A stretch of DNA of 32,000 bases. Origin: Coprobacillaceae bacterium. Lineage in GTDB: Bacteria; Bacillota_I; Bacilli_A; Erysipelotrichales; Coprobacillaceae. The position numbers and the translations under genes were made by a program. The notes under the pieces were generated by a model, which worked only from the letters and a program-made list of their open reading frames with translations, searched no databases and was not told the origin of the DNA. The DNA lies in NCBI GenBank assembly GCA_963675915.1, contig OY780959.1:780001-812000 (forward strand), written 5' to 3'. Below, piece after piece: positions 1-8,365 of the stretch (position 1 is its first letter; each line of letters begins with the position of its first letter).

Positions 1-618
1 GTTCGCCAGATCCTTGATGGTAGTGATATTGTGCTTGCGCAACACTTCCTGGGATTTTTTGCCGATACCATGGAATTCCTTGATATCCATCGGCCACATC
101 AATTCTTTAAGGTTTCTTTTGGTAAGAATCGTGATTCCCATCGGTTTTTTCATATCGCTGGCCATCTTGGCCAAAAACATGTTATGACTGATACCGATTG
201 AACACTTCAGGTTCAAGGTTGCATAAACTTCGTTTTGTATTTTCAACGCCAGTTCATAGGGATCCTGGTAAGTGCCATCTTCAAAGCCGGCAGTAAGATC
301 AACATAACATTCATCGATTGATCCCACCAGCAACTGTTTGGAATAAGTGGCAACAATTGCGAAAAACTGATTCGACAGTTTGTTATAAAGTTTGAAATCC
401 GGTGGTCTGACAATCAGGTCCTTGCATAGCTTGCGGGCTTGAAATAAAGGCATTGCAGAATGAATTCCCAATGCCCGTGCTTCATAAGATGCAGTTGTTA
501 TTATCGCCCGGGGGCTGTCTCTGGTGATCACCAGGGGTTTGTCAGCCAGCGAGGGTTCCTGGCAGACTGCCGCCGAAGCGAAATAAGCGTTCAAATCGAT
601 ATGGAAGATGATTCTCAT
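1..618 (-). CDS. dinB: DNA polymerase IV (Y-family, DinB), N-terminal ~205 codons; the 3' end runs off the window
   Basis: Not in the ORF track because it is open at the window edge. Manual translation from the ATG at 618-616 gives MRIIFHIDLNAYFASAAVCQEPSLADKPLVI...GSIDECYVDLT...SIGISHNMFLAKMASDMKKPMG, which are the Y-family (UmuC/IMS) palm motifs. The start overlaps the recN stop as ATGA (615-618). Confidence 0.85.
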   Translation of the reverse strand, partial: MRIIFHIDLNAYFASAAVCQEPSLADKPLVITRDSPRAIITTASYEARALGIHSAMPLFQARKLCKDLIVRPPDFKLYNKLSNQFFAIVATYSKQLLVGSIDECYVDLTAGFEDGTYQDPYELALKIQNEVYATLNLKCSIGISHNMFLAKMASDMKKPMGITILTKRNLKELMWPMDIKEFHGIGKKSQEVLRKHNITTIKDLAN

Positions 619-2267
619 CCGATTTCCTCTTGGGCCTGAAGCAACAGATTGCGGGCATGATCAAGTGATTCGGGCGAGAGATTTTCCGAAGAAATCATTT
701 TTGCCAACTCTTCGACTTGACCCTCGAAATCAAGCTGTTGCAAAACAACCTGAGTCTTTTTGCTTTTGACCTGTTTTTTGATGAAAAGATGCTGGTTGGA
801 ATAGGCAGCCACTTGGAAAAGATGGGTTATGGTGATTACCTGGCAACTTTTGGCGATACTGGCCATTTTGCGGCCGATTGCCGCCGCCACTTTTCCACTT
901 ACGCCAGAATCCGCCTCATCGAAAATGATTGTTTCAATGGTGCTGTCTCGAAGCGTGATAACTTTGATTGCCAACATCACGCGGGACATCTCCCCTCCCG
1001 ATGCCACTTTGGCCAGCGGTTGGAGATCCATGCCGATGTTGGTGGAAATCAAAAACTCCACTCGGTCGAATCCGGTTTTGGTCAGCGGACCTTTTTCAAA
1101 ATCAACTTTGAAATTGACATTGACCAGATACAGTTCCTTGAGCTGCTGTTTGATATCTTTTTCAAACTTAAGACTTGCTTTTTTGCGGGTTTTCGAAATC
1201 TTCTCGGCCAACTTTTCAAGCACTTGTTCCTTCTCCTTGATCAGGGATTCCAAGCTGGTGATTTGTTCATCGCGGTTAGTGAAAGCTGCGATTTTTTCAG
1301 CAAGTTCTGCTCTGGCTGCCAAGATTTGGCTTTGTGAGGGACCGTAAATTTTTTTCAAATGATTGAACTTCGCCAGGATATCCTGAATCTCGGTGATGCG
1401 ATATTCATCGACGTCGACAGTTGTAATTTTCTGTTCAACCAATCCGGCGTGGTCTTCAATTTCATAGAGTTTGTTGTAAATTTCATCGTATTCCTGGCTG
1501 TAATCACCATAATTGTTGAGCTCGGCTAGATAATTCAGGCTCTCGTTCAATGATGAAATGCTGTTTTGGATATAATGTTTGAAAGCATCGAAATTATCCT
1601 GAATCTGGGCATAATTATCGATTGCCGACTTTTCTTCAAGCAAAGCATCGAAATCAATGTTATCGATGTCAATTTCATCGATTTTGGTCAGACGGGCTTC
1701 GTAGAATTCCAATTGTTCGTCTGAATACTCCTGCGATTGGAGATTATTAAGCTTGCTGTGAAGTTCGACATATTCTTGATAGATGCTGGTATATTCGAGC
1801 TTGTATTTCTCACTGCTGTCATCAAGTTTGTCGATAATCCCAAGATGATTGCGGGGATTGAACAAAAACTGAGTGTCGAACTGATTGTGAATCTCGACCA
1901 TCAATCTGCTTAAAGCTGAAATCAAGGATTGGGTCGTAGTGCGGTAATTAAGCTTGTAAACTGCCCGACCGGTTTTATAAATGGTTTTGGAGATGACAAT
2001 CTGATTGTCAAATTCAATTCCGGCTTCATCAAAAAAATCAACGATTTCTTGATGATTTGAACTAAATATTCCCTCAATTATCGCTTTATCACAGTCATCT
2101 CGGACGAAACCGACATCAGTACGGTTTCCGCTAAGTTGACCGATCGCGTCGATAATGATTGATTTTCCAGCTCCGGTTTCCCCGGTCAGCACTGTCATTC
2201 CTGATGTGAAGTCGATATTAAGTTTTTCTATGATCGCAAAATTCTCAATATATAAACTCTCTAACAT
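615..2267 (-). CDS. recN: DNA repair protein RecN (SMC-like ATPase)
   Basis: 550 aa. It has an N-terminal Walker A (GETGAGKSIIIDA), a long coiled-coil middle, and a C-terminal signature plus Walker B (SGGEMSRVMLAIK...IIFDEADSGVSG). It sits after tlyA, as in Bacillus. Confidence 0.95.
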   Translation of the reverse strand: MLESLYIENFAIIEKLNIDFTSGMTVLTGETGAGKSIIIDAIGQLSGNRTDVGFVRDDCDKAIIEGIFSSNHQEIVDFFDEAGIEFDNQIVISKTIYKTGRAVYKLNYRTTTQSLISALSRLMVEIHNQFDTQFLFNPRNHLGIIDKLDDSSEKYKLEYTSIYQEYVELHSKLNNLQSQEYSDEQLEFYEARLTKIDEIDIDNIDFDALLEEKSAIDNYAQIQDNFDAFKHYIQNSISSLNESLNYLAELNNYGDYSQEYDEIYNKLYEIEDHAGLVEQKITTVDVDEYRITEIQDILAKFNHLKKIYGPSQSQILAARAELAEKIAAFTNRDEQITSLESLIKEKEQVLEKLAEKISKTRKKASLKFEKDIKQQLKELYLVNVNFKVDFEKGPLTKTGFDRVEFLISTNIGMDLQPLAKVASGGEMSRVMLAIKVITLRDSTIETIIFDEADSGVSGKVAAAIGRKMASIAKSCQVITITHLFQVAAYSNQHLFIKKQVKSKKTQVVLQQLDFEGQVEELAKMISSENLSPESLDHARNLLLQAQEEIG

Positions 2268-2270
2268 AAT

Positions 2271-3071
2271 TTACCCTCTAAAAGTTTCATGAGCTTTTAA
2301 AACTAAAGCTTCAATATCCATCTCTATGTTTGATTCACCTTTTTTGAAATAACTTAAAAATTCGATATTGCCGTGGCCTCCGGTAATTGGTGAAAAATCC
2401 AATCCCTGGAGACCGAGGTCGTTGTCGTTTGCATATTTGATTACATTCTCAATTGCTTTTTGATGAACAGCAGGATCTTTGATGATTCCTTTTTTTCCAA
2501 TATCTTCGCGGTCCGATTCAAACTGCGGTTTGATTAAAGCAACCACTTCACTTCCTGGTTCCAGGATGTCTTTAAGCGGTTCGAAAATCAAACGCAATGA
2601 AATAAAAGAGACATCGGTACAGATAAAAGATGGAATCCCTTGTTCAAATAAATCTTTGGTGGCATACCTGAAATTGGTTTGTTCCTTGACAATCACCCGA
2701 GGATCATTGCGTAGCTTCCAAACCAACTGATTGGTTCCGACATCGATTGAGTAAACAAGACGGGCCCCTTTTTGGAGGCAACAGTCAGTAAAACCACCGG
2801 TAGAAGATCCAACATCGCCGACAATTCGGTCAGTCACGTCGATATTGAACATTTCCAAAGCTTTTTCCAGCTTCAAACCACCGCGGGAAACATAGGGCAT
2901 TACATTGCCTTTTACCGTGATTTTCGAATCAACCGGTACTTTGGTTCCCGGCTTTTCAATCCGGTCATACTGGTCATAGACAATACCCGCCATGACAGCC
3001 CGTTTGGCTTTCTCACGGGAATCGAAAAATCCCTGTTCTACAAGTAAAACATCAATTCTTTCCTTTTTCAT
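2271..3071 (-). CDS. tlyA: TlyA-family rRNA 2'-O-methyltransferase (S4 domain + FtsJ-like methyltransferase)
   Basis: 266 aa. It has an N-terminal S4 RNA-binding motif (RIDVLLVEQGFFDSREKAKRAVMAG) and a SAM-binding motif (DVGSSTGGFTDC). The position downstream of dxs is conserved. Confidence 0.85.
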   Translation of the reverse strand: MKKERIDVLLVEQGFFDSREKAKRAVMAGIVYDQYDRIEKPGTKVPVDSKITVKGNVMPYVSRGGLKLEKALEMFNIDVTDRIVGDVGSSTGGFTDCCLQKGARLVYSIDVGTNQLVWKLRNDPRVIVKEQTNFRYATKDLFEQGIPSFICTDVSFISLRLIFEPLKDILEPGSEVVALIKPQFESDREDIGKKGIIKDPAVHQKAIENVIKYANDNDLGLQGLDFSPITGGHGNIEFLSYFKKGESNIEMDIEALVLKAHETFRG

Positions 3072-4929
3072 TGCCCATGACCTCCTCCACTAGATTCGCT
3101 AAATGCTCAAGACTGATTTTTTCATGATCCATAACTTCGCTGATGGTTCCCTGAGGCGGATAGCAGTCATTGATTCCCATGGTTTCAAATTGGCAGCTGG
3201 ACCCGTTTTTCATCAGATACTCACCGATATTTGTTCCAAGCGAATTGCAAAGCAGATCCGTTTCATAGACAATCACCGGTTTGGTTTCGCCGGCAAGAAG
3301 CTCCAGGATATTGAAATCCATCGGTTTCAAGAAGCGGGCGTTGATTATTCTTATATTATAGATATACTCCCCGAAGAAAGAATATACTTTATTGACATTA
3401 TCACCATAGCAGATGATGGTCAGATCGTAATTTTCATCATTAATAACTTCCCAAGTTCCAATCTCAATTGATTGGTCGAGACAGCATGGGATATTGTCAA
3501 CCGAATTACGAGGCAAGCGGATAAAATATGGATGGTCATTTCGTTTGAAAGCGGTATTGATATAAGCTTTAGCTTCGAAACTATCACGCGGCGCAAAAAG
3601 AACAATATTGGGCAGCGGCATTAAAAATCCGATATCAAAAATCCCCTGATGGGTTGAACCGTCGCTCCCGACAATTCCCGCCCGGTCAATTGAAACCAGA
3701 CAGGGAATATCCATTCTTGCCAGATCATGATTGAACTGATCATAACTCCGTTGCATAAAAGATGAATAGATCGACAAGAACGGTTTTTTGCCTCCTAGTG
3801 CCAAACCGTTTAACAGGGTTGTTGCATGTTGTTCGGCGATTCCCACATCGATTGAACGTTTAGGGAATTTGGCAAAAATATGATCAAGACAGGAACCTTT
3901 GATCATGGCAGGAGTGACTGCAACTATGTCCTTGTCCTGTTCCATCAAAGCTTCAAGGTGTTCGGCCACCACACAAGACCAGGAAGTCTTGTCGGAAGTG
4001 ACGCTTTTGATTTCACCGGTATTGACATTGAACGGACCAATCCCATGCCACATTCCAGTGGTATCGCACTGGGCATGTTTGTAACCCAAACCTTTTTTGG
4101 TATTGAAATGTAAAACAATTGATTTTTGCGATTTTTTGGCGATATTGAGCGCTTTGATGACTTCGTTGATGTTATTGCCGTCAACTGGACCATAATATTG
4201 CAGATTAAAGTTCTGAAAAATAGAATCAGTGATTAGACTTCTCCTAAATACATCCTTGATATTCTTGAAAACATTGAACAATGCTCGGCCAAAGCGCCCC
4301 CGACGGGCCATTGGTCGCATATCGTCTTTCAAGGAATTATAGCGGTTGGAGATTCGGATTTTGGCTAAAAAATCATGGAAGCCCCCCACCGGTTGCGAAA
4401 TTGACATCGCATTGTCATTGAAGATGACAATTACTTTGTTATTGATTGATCCCAAATGGTTCAAAGCTTCCAGCGATTCACCCGAAACAATCGAAGCATC
4501 ACCGATGATTGCAATCACCTCGTGACTCTCATGATTCAAATCACGCGCAATCGCCATTCCGATTGCTGCTGAAATGGACGTTGACGAATGACCGGCTTCA
4601 AAACAGTCATAGACCGACTCGGATCTTTTTTGAAAACCGGAAAGACCATTAAATTGTCTCAAGGTATCAAAACGGTTGGCACGGCCGGTGAGAATCTTAT
4701 GGATGTAAGATTGATGTCCGACATCAAAAAGGAATTTGTCATAAGGTGAATCGAAAACATAATGCATTCCGACAGTCAATTCGACAATACCCAGATTGCT
4801 CGATAGATGGCCTCCGGTTTTGGAAACCGAGTCAATTGTGAAACGGCGGATATCGCAGCATAACTGTTCCAACCCGCTTTTAGAAAGTTCTTTTACAAAG
4901 GAGGGACTTTTTATTTCTTCAATTTTCAT
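3052..4929 (-). CDS. dxs: 1-deoxy-D-xylulose-5-phosphate synthase
   Basis: 625 aa. It carries the DXS signatures GGHLSSNLG, DVGHQSYIHKILTGR and the TPP motif IIGDASIVSGESLEALN...NDN. The stop overlaps the tlyA start by 20 nt. Confidence 0.95.
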   Translation of the reverse strand: MKIEEIKSPSFVKELSKSGLEQLCCDIRRFTIDSVSKTGGHLSSNLGIVELTVGMHYVFDSPYDKFLFDVGHQSYIHKILTGRANRFDTLRQFNGLSGFQKRSESVYDCFEAGHSSTSISAAIGMAIARDLNHESHEVIAIIGDASIVSGESLEALNHLGSINNKVIVIFNDNAMSISQPVGGFHDFLAKIRISNRYNSLKDDMRPMARRGRFGRALFNVFKNIKDVFRRSLITDSIFQNFNLQYYGPVDGNNINEVIKALNIAKKSQKSIVLHFNTKKGLGYKHAQCDTTGMWHGIGPFNVNTGEIKSVTSDKTSWSCVVAEHLEALMEQDKDIVAVTPAMIKGSCLDHIFAKFPKRSIDVGIAEQHATTLLNGLALGGKKPFLSIYSSFMQRSYDQFNHDLARMDIPCLVSIDRAGIVGSDGSTHQGIFDIGFLMPLPNIVLFAPRDSFEAKAYINTAFKRNDHPYFIRLPRNSVDNIPCCLDQSIEIGTWEVINDENYDLTIICYGDNVNKVYSFFGEYIYNIRIINARFLKPMDFNILELLAGETKPVIVYETDLLCNSLGTNIGEYLMKNGSSCQFETMGINDCYPPQGTISEVMDHEKISLEHLANLVEEVMGNEKGKN

Positions 4930-4931
4930 AT

Positions 4932-5780
4932 CTAGTGATCACGTCCCCTTATCAGATTTACTATTTTTTCAAGATCCCCATTCTTGCTGTCATGCACTTC
5001 AAGCATGGAATCGATTGCCTGGAAAAGTTCATCCAGCTTCTGATTCGACTCTTCAAGGCCGAGGATGCTGACATATGTCGACTTTTGGTTGTCAATGTCG
5101 GAACCGACTGCTTTACCGATTTTTTCAAAGCTTCCGGTGACATCGAGAATATCGTCTTGAATTTGGAATGCCAATCCCAAATCCAAACCCAGTTTTTCAT
5201 AAGGTGTTGGTTCGACCTTGGCAATGAATGCGGCCATTTTGAAACTTACGGCAATCAAAGCACCGGTTTTAAGCGAATGCATTTTTTCCAGGATTGCGGT
5301 GGTGACTTGATGATTCTCATTCAAGATATCGATTTCCTGTCCCAAAATCATTCCATTGATTCCTGAAGCCTGATAAAGACTGTCAATCAGGTCTATTTTG
5401 GTTTCACTGTCTAATTTGGGATTGGCGATAATGATCCGGTTAGCCTCGTTTAAAAGGCTGTCTCCAGCAAGAATGGCAATCGCTTCGCCAAAGACCTTGT
5501 GACAGGTCAGTCTTCCCCGGCGGTATTCATCATCATCCATGCCCGGAAGATCATCATGGATCAAAGAATAGGTATGAATCATTTCGATTGCGCAGGCGAT
5601 ATCAAGATAATCCTGATAATCGATTCCCAGTGAGTTCAGGGTTGAAATGAAGATCAGTGGCCGGATCCTTTTCCCTTTTCCGTTCAATGCATATGCCATT
5701 GCTTCAGCAGTTACGCTTTTAGGCAATTGATTGACGATAACATTTAGTTTTTCATTGATTTGATTTATATAAAGCTCCAT
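4932..5780 (-). CDS. ispA: (2E,6E)-farnesyl diphosphate synthase / geranyltranstransferase
   Basis: 282 aa. The first Asp-rich motif is LIHDDLPGMDDDEYRRG and the second is FQIQDDILD. Confidence 0.9.
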   Translation of the reverse strand: MELYINQINEKLNVIVNQLPKSVTAEAMAYALNGKGKRIRPLIFISTLNSLGIDYQDYLDIACAIEMIHTYSLIHDDLPGMDDDEYRRGRLTCHKVFGEAIAILAGDSLLNEANRIIIANPKLDSETKIDLIDSLYQASGINGMILGQEIDILNENHQVTTAILEKMHSLKTGALIAVSFKMAAFIAKVEPTPYEKLGLDLGLAFQIQDDILDVTGSFEKIGKAVGSDIDNQKSTYVSILGLEESNQKLDELFQAIDSMLEVHDSKNGDLEKIVNLIRGRDH

Positions 5781-5783
5781 ATT

Positions 5784-6002
5784 TTATCCCTCTGGAGTAT
5801 AATCCTCTACTCCGTTTGAAGTCATTATCTTGGCAACCCGATCCTCGATATTGGTAAGTTTGGAATTGCAGATTTTTGACATTTCAATTCCTTCCTGGAA
5901 CAGTTTAACACTGTCTTCCAAAGAAGTTTGTTCGCTTTCAAGACTCTTGATGATTTCATTGAGTCTGGTCATTGCTTGTTCAAATGTAATTTTATTTTCC
6001 AT
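5784..6002 (-). CDS. xseB: Exodeoxyribonuclease VII small subunit
   Basis: 72 aa helical protein (FEQAMTRLNEIIKSLESEQTSLEDSVKLFQEGIEMSKIC). Its ATG overlaps the xseA stop by 1 nt (TAATG). Confidence 0.85.
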   Translation of the reverse strand: MENKITFEQAMTRLNEIIKSLESEQTSLEDSVKLFQEGIEMSKICNSKLTNIEDRVAKIMTSNGVEDYTPEG

Positions 6003-7351
6003 TATTCTACCCTCGCTTTAACTTTTCCATCACTAAGTCTGATGGAAACTTCGTCATCCTTGCTTAGCTGTTTTACCGATTTGACCAGCGAATCGTCTTT
6101 TTCGACAATCGAATAGCCCCGGGTCATTATCTTAAGGGGGCTGAGATTGTCAAGATTGACAATCGAGTGATCCAAATCGCTTCGAGACTTATTCAATTTG
6201 GCAGCTAGAAGCTGGTTCAAAATCAGTTGATTGCGATCAACGATGTTTTTTTGTCTCGATACAAATCCTGAAGAAATATTGACAAACCGATTATGCATTT
6301 GTCCGTAATTCGAACGACTCTTGGTCAGTCCCAAATCCATCAAGTTGAAAAGCTTATTGGTCAGATGGTCAAGGGTCAACCTCGAAGACGCGTAGATCTT
6401 GTCAGGATTTTTAAAGACGTAACTGTTTTCCAGAATGCGCAATTGCTCTTTGTTTTTCTTGATAAGCCGGTCCATCAACGTCAATAACATGTTTTTGTTG
6501 GAATTGATTTCCACCAACAGCTTGTTGACATCGACAGTCGCTGCCACCGCCGCAGCAGTTGGCGTTGCCGCCCGCAAATCAGCGACAAAATCCGCAATCG
6601 TCGTATCGGTCTCATGGCCGATTCCGGTGATTATCGGGATTGGATAGTCATAGATGGTCCGTGCGAGTCTTTCATCATTGAAACAAAACAAATCCTCGAA
6701 ACTGCCCCCACCTCTGGATATGATTACCAAAGGGAAGTTGTATTTCCTGATATTGTTCAAAGTGGTGATGATATCCTCTACTGCCTGTTTACCACTGACC
6801 TTGACTGGAAAGAAAAACATCTGGCAAAATGGAAAGCGGTTTTTGATGGTTCGATAGATATCCGCCTGAGCTGCAGTTGGTGATCCACAAAGAATTGCCA
6901 CTCTTGAAGGCATGCTTGGGATGGGAAGTTTATGACTTTGATCAAAAAGTCCTTCCTGAGCCAGCTTTTTTTTCAAATCTTCAAATTGCTGGTAAAGCGC
7001 TCCGATTCCATCAAGCTGAACATCTTTGACATAGATATTGTATGTACTTGAACCTTCGTAGATTCCGACTCTGCCCTCGACAAAAACACTCATCCCATCT
7101 TCAAGTTTGAATTTTATTTTGCTGGTCAGTGAACGGAAAACCACACATTTGATAACGGAATTGTCTTCCTTTAAAGTGAAATAAATGTGGCCTTGTGAAG
7201 TGTAGGCAACATTTGAAAGTTCGCCTTTGACCAGGACATTGTTTAATTGGACATCCTGGGCGATATAAGCTGAAAGATAGCGATTTAATCCGGAAACTGT
7301 TAAATAGCTGCGCGAGTTTTTATTATTGTTCAATTTTGTTGAGAACTCCAT
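6002..7351 (-). CDS. xseA: Exodeoxyribonuclease VII large subunit
   Basis: It has an N-terminal OB fold (YLTVSGLNRYLS...VKGELSNV...GHIYFTLKE) and a catalytic core (ISRGGGSFEDLFCFNDE, TGIGHETDTTIADFVAD). The ORF-track start at 7378 is a GTG. I prefer the ATG at 7351 (MEFSTK...), the ATG closest upstream of the conserved N-terminus. The start is uncertain by about 30 nt, and the gene overlaps the nusB 3' end. Confidence 0.9.
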   Translation of the reverse strand: MEFSTKLNNNKNSRSYLTVSGLNRYLSAYIAQDVQLNNVLVKGELSNVAYTSQGHIYFTLKEDNSVIKCVVFRSLTSKIKFKLEDGMSVFVEGRVGIYEGSSTYNIYVKDVQLDGIGALYQQFEDLKKKLAQEGLFDQSHKLPIPSMPSRVAILCGSPTAAQADIYRTIKNRFPFCQMFFFPVKVSGKQAVEDIITTLNNIRKYNFPLVIISRGGGSFEDLFCFNDERLARTIYDYPIPIITGIGHETDTTIADFVADLRAATPTAAAVAATVDVNKLLVEINSNKNMLLTLMDRLIKKNKEQLRILENSYVFKNPDKIYASSRLTLDHLTNKLFNLMDLGLTKSRSNYGQMHNRFVNISSGFVSRQKNIVDRNQLILNQLLAAKLNKSRSDLDHSIVNLDNLSPLKIMTRGYSIVEKDDSLVKSVKQLSKDDEVSIRLSDGKVKARVE

Positions 7352-7739
7352 TGATGAACTTGAAAGAATCATCGTCACAATATTTTTTAGCCAGAACGAT
7401 TGCTTCGTTCAAGGCAATGTTTCTTGGAGTGTATTCATTCACCATTTCACAAACAGCTATCAACATAATCGCCAGTTCCATTTTCGACAATCTCTTGATT
7501 GTCCAACCTTTTTTAAGGTTCTTATTGATCAAAATTTGATAATCTCTGAAATTATCCAAGGTTTTTTCAACCAATTTCATAGACTCGTTCATTTCGGTCT
7601 CTTTATTTTTGAAGCTTGGGTCATTGACCAGATTATCAATTACATCAGCCCGTTCGTTAGGTTTCATCAGGTATTGATAAATCGCGATAACCGCCTTTTC
7701 ACGGATTACTTTTTTTCTTACTTTAACTACTTCTGTCAT
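7323..7739 (-). CDS. nusB: Transcription antitermination factor NusB
   Basis: NusB-like helical protein (REKAVIAIYQ...AIMLIAVCEM...LNEAIVLAKKY...KFINGVL). I moved the start to the ATG at 7739, which follows AAGGAGAATAAA. The 13-codon upstream extension in the ORF track has no SD. Confidence 0.85.
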   Translation of the reverse strand: MTEVVKVRKKVIREKAVIAIYQYLMKPNERADVIDNLVNDPSFKNKETEMNESMKLVEKTLDNFRDYQILINKNLKKGWTIKRLSKMELAIMLIAVCEMVNEYTPRNIALNEAIVLAKKYCDDDSFKFINGVLNKIEQ

Positions 7740-7749
7740 TTTATTCTCC

Positions 7750-7782
7750 TTTAAAATAAAATGTTTGATTCGCATCAAACAT
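7750..7782 (-). terminator. Intercistronic hairpin plus U-tract between asp23 and nusB (weak terminator or attenuator)
   Basis: On the minus strand, ATGTTTGAT-GCGA-ATCAAACAT forms a perfect 9-bp stem (7761-7782). It starts 1 nt after the asp23 stop and is followed by TTTTATTTT, then the nusB SD. Confidence 0.5.
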
Positions 7783-7783
7783 T

Positions 7784-8128
7784 CTAAAATTTAACCGCTT
7801 TTACATCGATATCCACCAGAAGGTTGTTGATACCGGTCATTTCATAAGCGGTGTTGTGAATTTTGGTTTGGAGTTCGCTGATTACGTTCGATACGTTCAT
7901 TCCGTAATTGACGCAAACTTCAACTTTGATATTGACCTGATTGTGTTTGTTAACCTTGATTTCAACCGGTCCGGTTACACCGGGTACCCTGATTGAACCA
8001 GCTCCTGAAAGGTTTACTCCGTCGATTTCCCTGACACTTTTGGTCACAATCGATTCGAACACATTCTGAGAAATATTCAATTCGCCATAATTATTTTCTT
8101 TTTCAATTTTATAATAGTCTACACTCAT
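7784..8128 (-). CDS. Asp23/Gls24-family alkaline-shock/envelope stress protein
   Basis: 114 aa. The sequence ISQNVFESIVTKSVREIDGV...VNIKVEVCVNYGMNVSNVISELQTKI is typical of Asp23 (DUF322). Bacillus has the equivalent yqhY upstream of nusB. Confidence 0.85.
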   Translation of the reverse strand: MSVDYYKIEKENNYGELNISQNVFESIVTKSVREIDGVNLSGAGSIRVPGVTGPVEIKVNKHNQVNIKVEVCVNYGMNVSNVISELQTKIHNTAYEMTGINNLLVDIDVKAVKF

Positions 8129-8152
8129 ATTTATAGCTCCTTTAATATAGAT

Positions 8153-8181
8153 ATTTTACCAAAAATACCGATTTTTAACAA
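8153..8181 (-). promoter_or_regulatory. Sigma-A-type promoter for the asp23 operon
   Basis: The minus strand reads TTGTTA-17 nt-TAAAAT with TGG immediately upstream of the -10 (extended -10). It lies about 25 nt upstream of the asp23 SD AAAGGAG. Confidence 0.55.
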
Positions 8182-8202
8182 GCAATATCAATTATCCGCT
8201 CA

Positions 8203-8248
8203 AACAAAAAAAAGACACAATGAGTCCTAAAAAGTTTATCATTGTGTC
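8203..8248 (-). terminator. Rho-independent terminator
   Basis: On the minus strand GACACAATGA (8248-8239) pairs with TCATTGTGTC (8223-8214) as a perfect 10-bp stem with a 15-nt loop, followed by TTTTTTTT. Confidence 0.75.
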
Positions 8249-8278
8249 AAAAATTATTGATTAACTTGTTTAGATCTC
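8206..8278 (-). ncRNA. Candidate ~70 nt small RNA (or leader) defined by its own promoter and terminator
   Basis: It lies between the promoter at 8285-8313 and the terminator at 8203-8248, downstream of the separate efp terminator. It has no SD-preceded ORF. I recognise no family. Confidence 0.3.
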
Positions 8279-8284
8279 TTGGGT

Positions 8285-8313
8285 ATTCTAGCAAAACCAA
8301 ACCGGTTTGTAAA
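8285..8313 (-). promoter_or_regulatory. Sigma-A-type promoter in the efp-asp23 spacer
   Basis: The minus strand reads TTTACA-17 nt-TAGAAT with TGC immediately upstream of the -10 (TGn extended -10). Confidence 0.5.
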
Positions 8314-8337
8314 CTAGAATTGTTTTATACTTTTAAT

Positions 8338-8360
8338 AAAGAAAACCCCTTGGCAGGGGT
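8338..8360 (-). terminator. Rho-independent terminator of efp
   Basis: The minus strand reads CCCCT-GCCA-AGGGG followed by TTTTCTTTATT, starting 6 nt after the efp TAA. Confidence 0.7.
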
Positions 8361-8365
8361 CTTGA

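Noticed and set aside
717-1347. Plus-strand ORFs of 206 and 172 aa inside recN. Similar long antisense ORFs occur at 17393-17983, 18122-18514, 22246-22695, 24597-24971 and 30338-31057.
   Set aside because: Each lies entirely inside a well-supported minus-strand gene. They have low-complexity, family-less translations, no SD, and no independent promoter or terminator. They are shadow ORFs.
8192-8242. 16-codon hydrophobic mini-ORF (MINFLGLIVSFFCLSG) running through the terminator hairpin. It could be imagined as a type I toxin-like peptide.
   Set aside because: There is no SD upstream (TTTTTGACACA-ATG). The ATG is sequestered in the 10-bp terminator stem. The peptide is shorter than known type I toxins. 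Its hydrophobicity is explained by the T-rich terminator sequence.
8286-8320. Inverted repeat ATTCTAG...CAAACCGGTTTG...CTAGAAT, first read as a third hairpin or operator in the efp-asp23 spacer.
   Set aside because: The same bases give a near-consensus -35/-10 pair (TTTACA-17-TAGAAT), which I consider the more parsimonious explanation. The palindrome may still be an operator overlapping that promoter, but I cannot support that.
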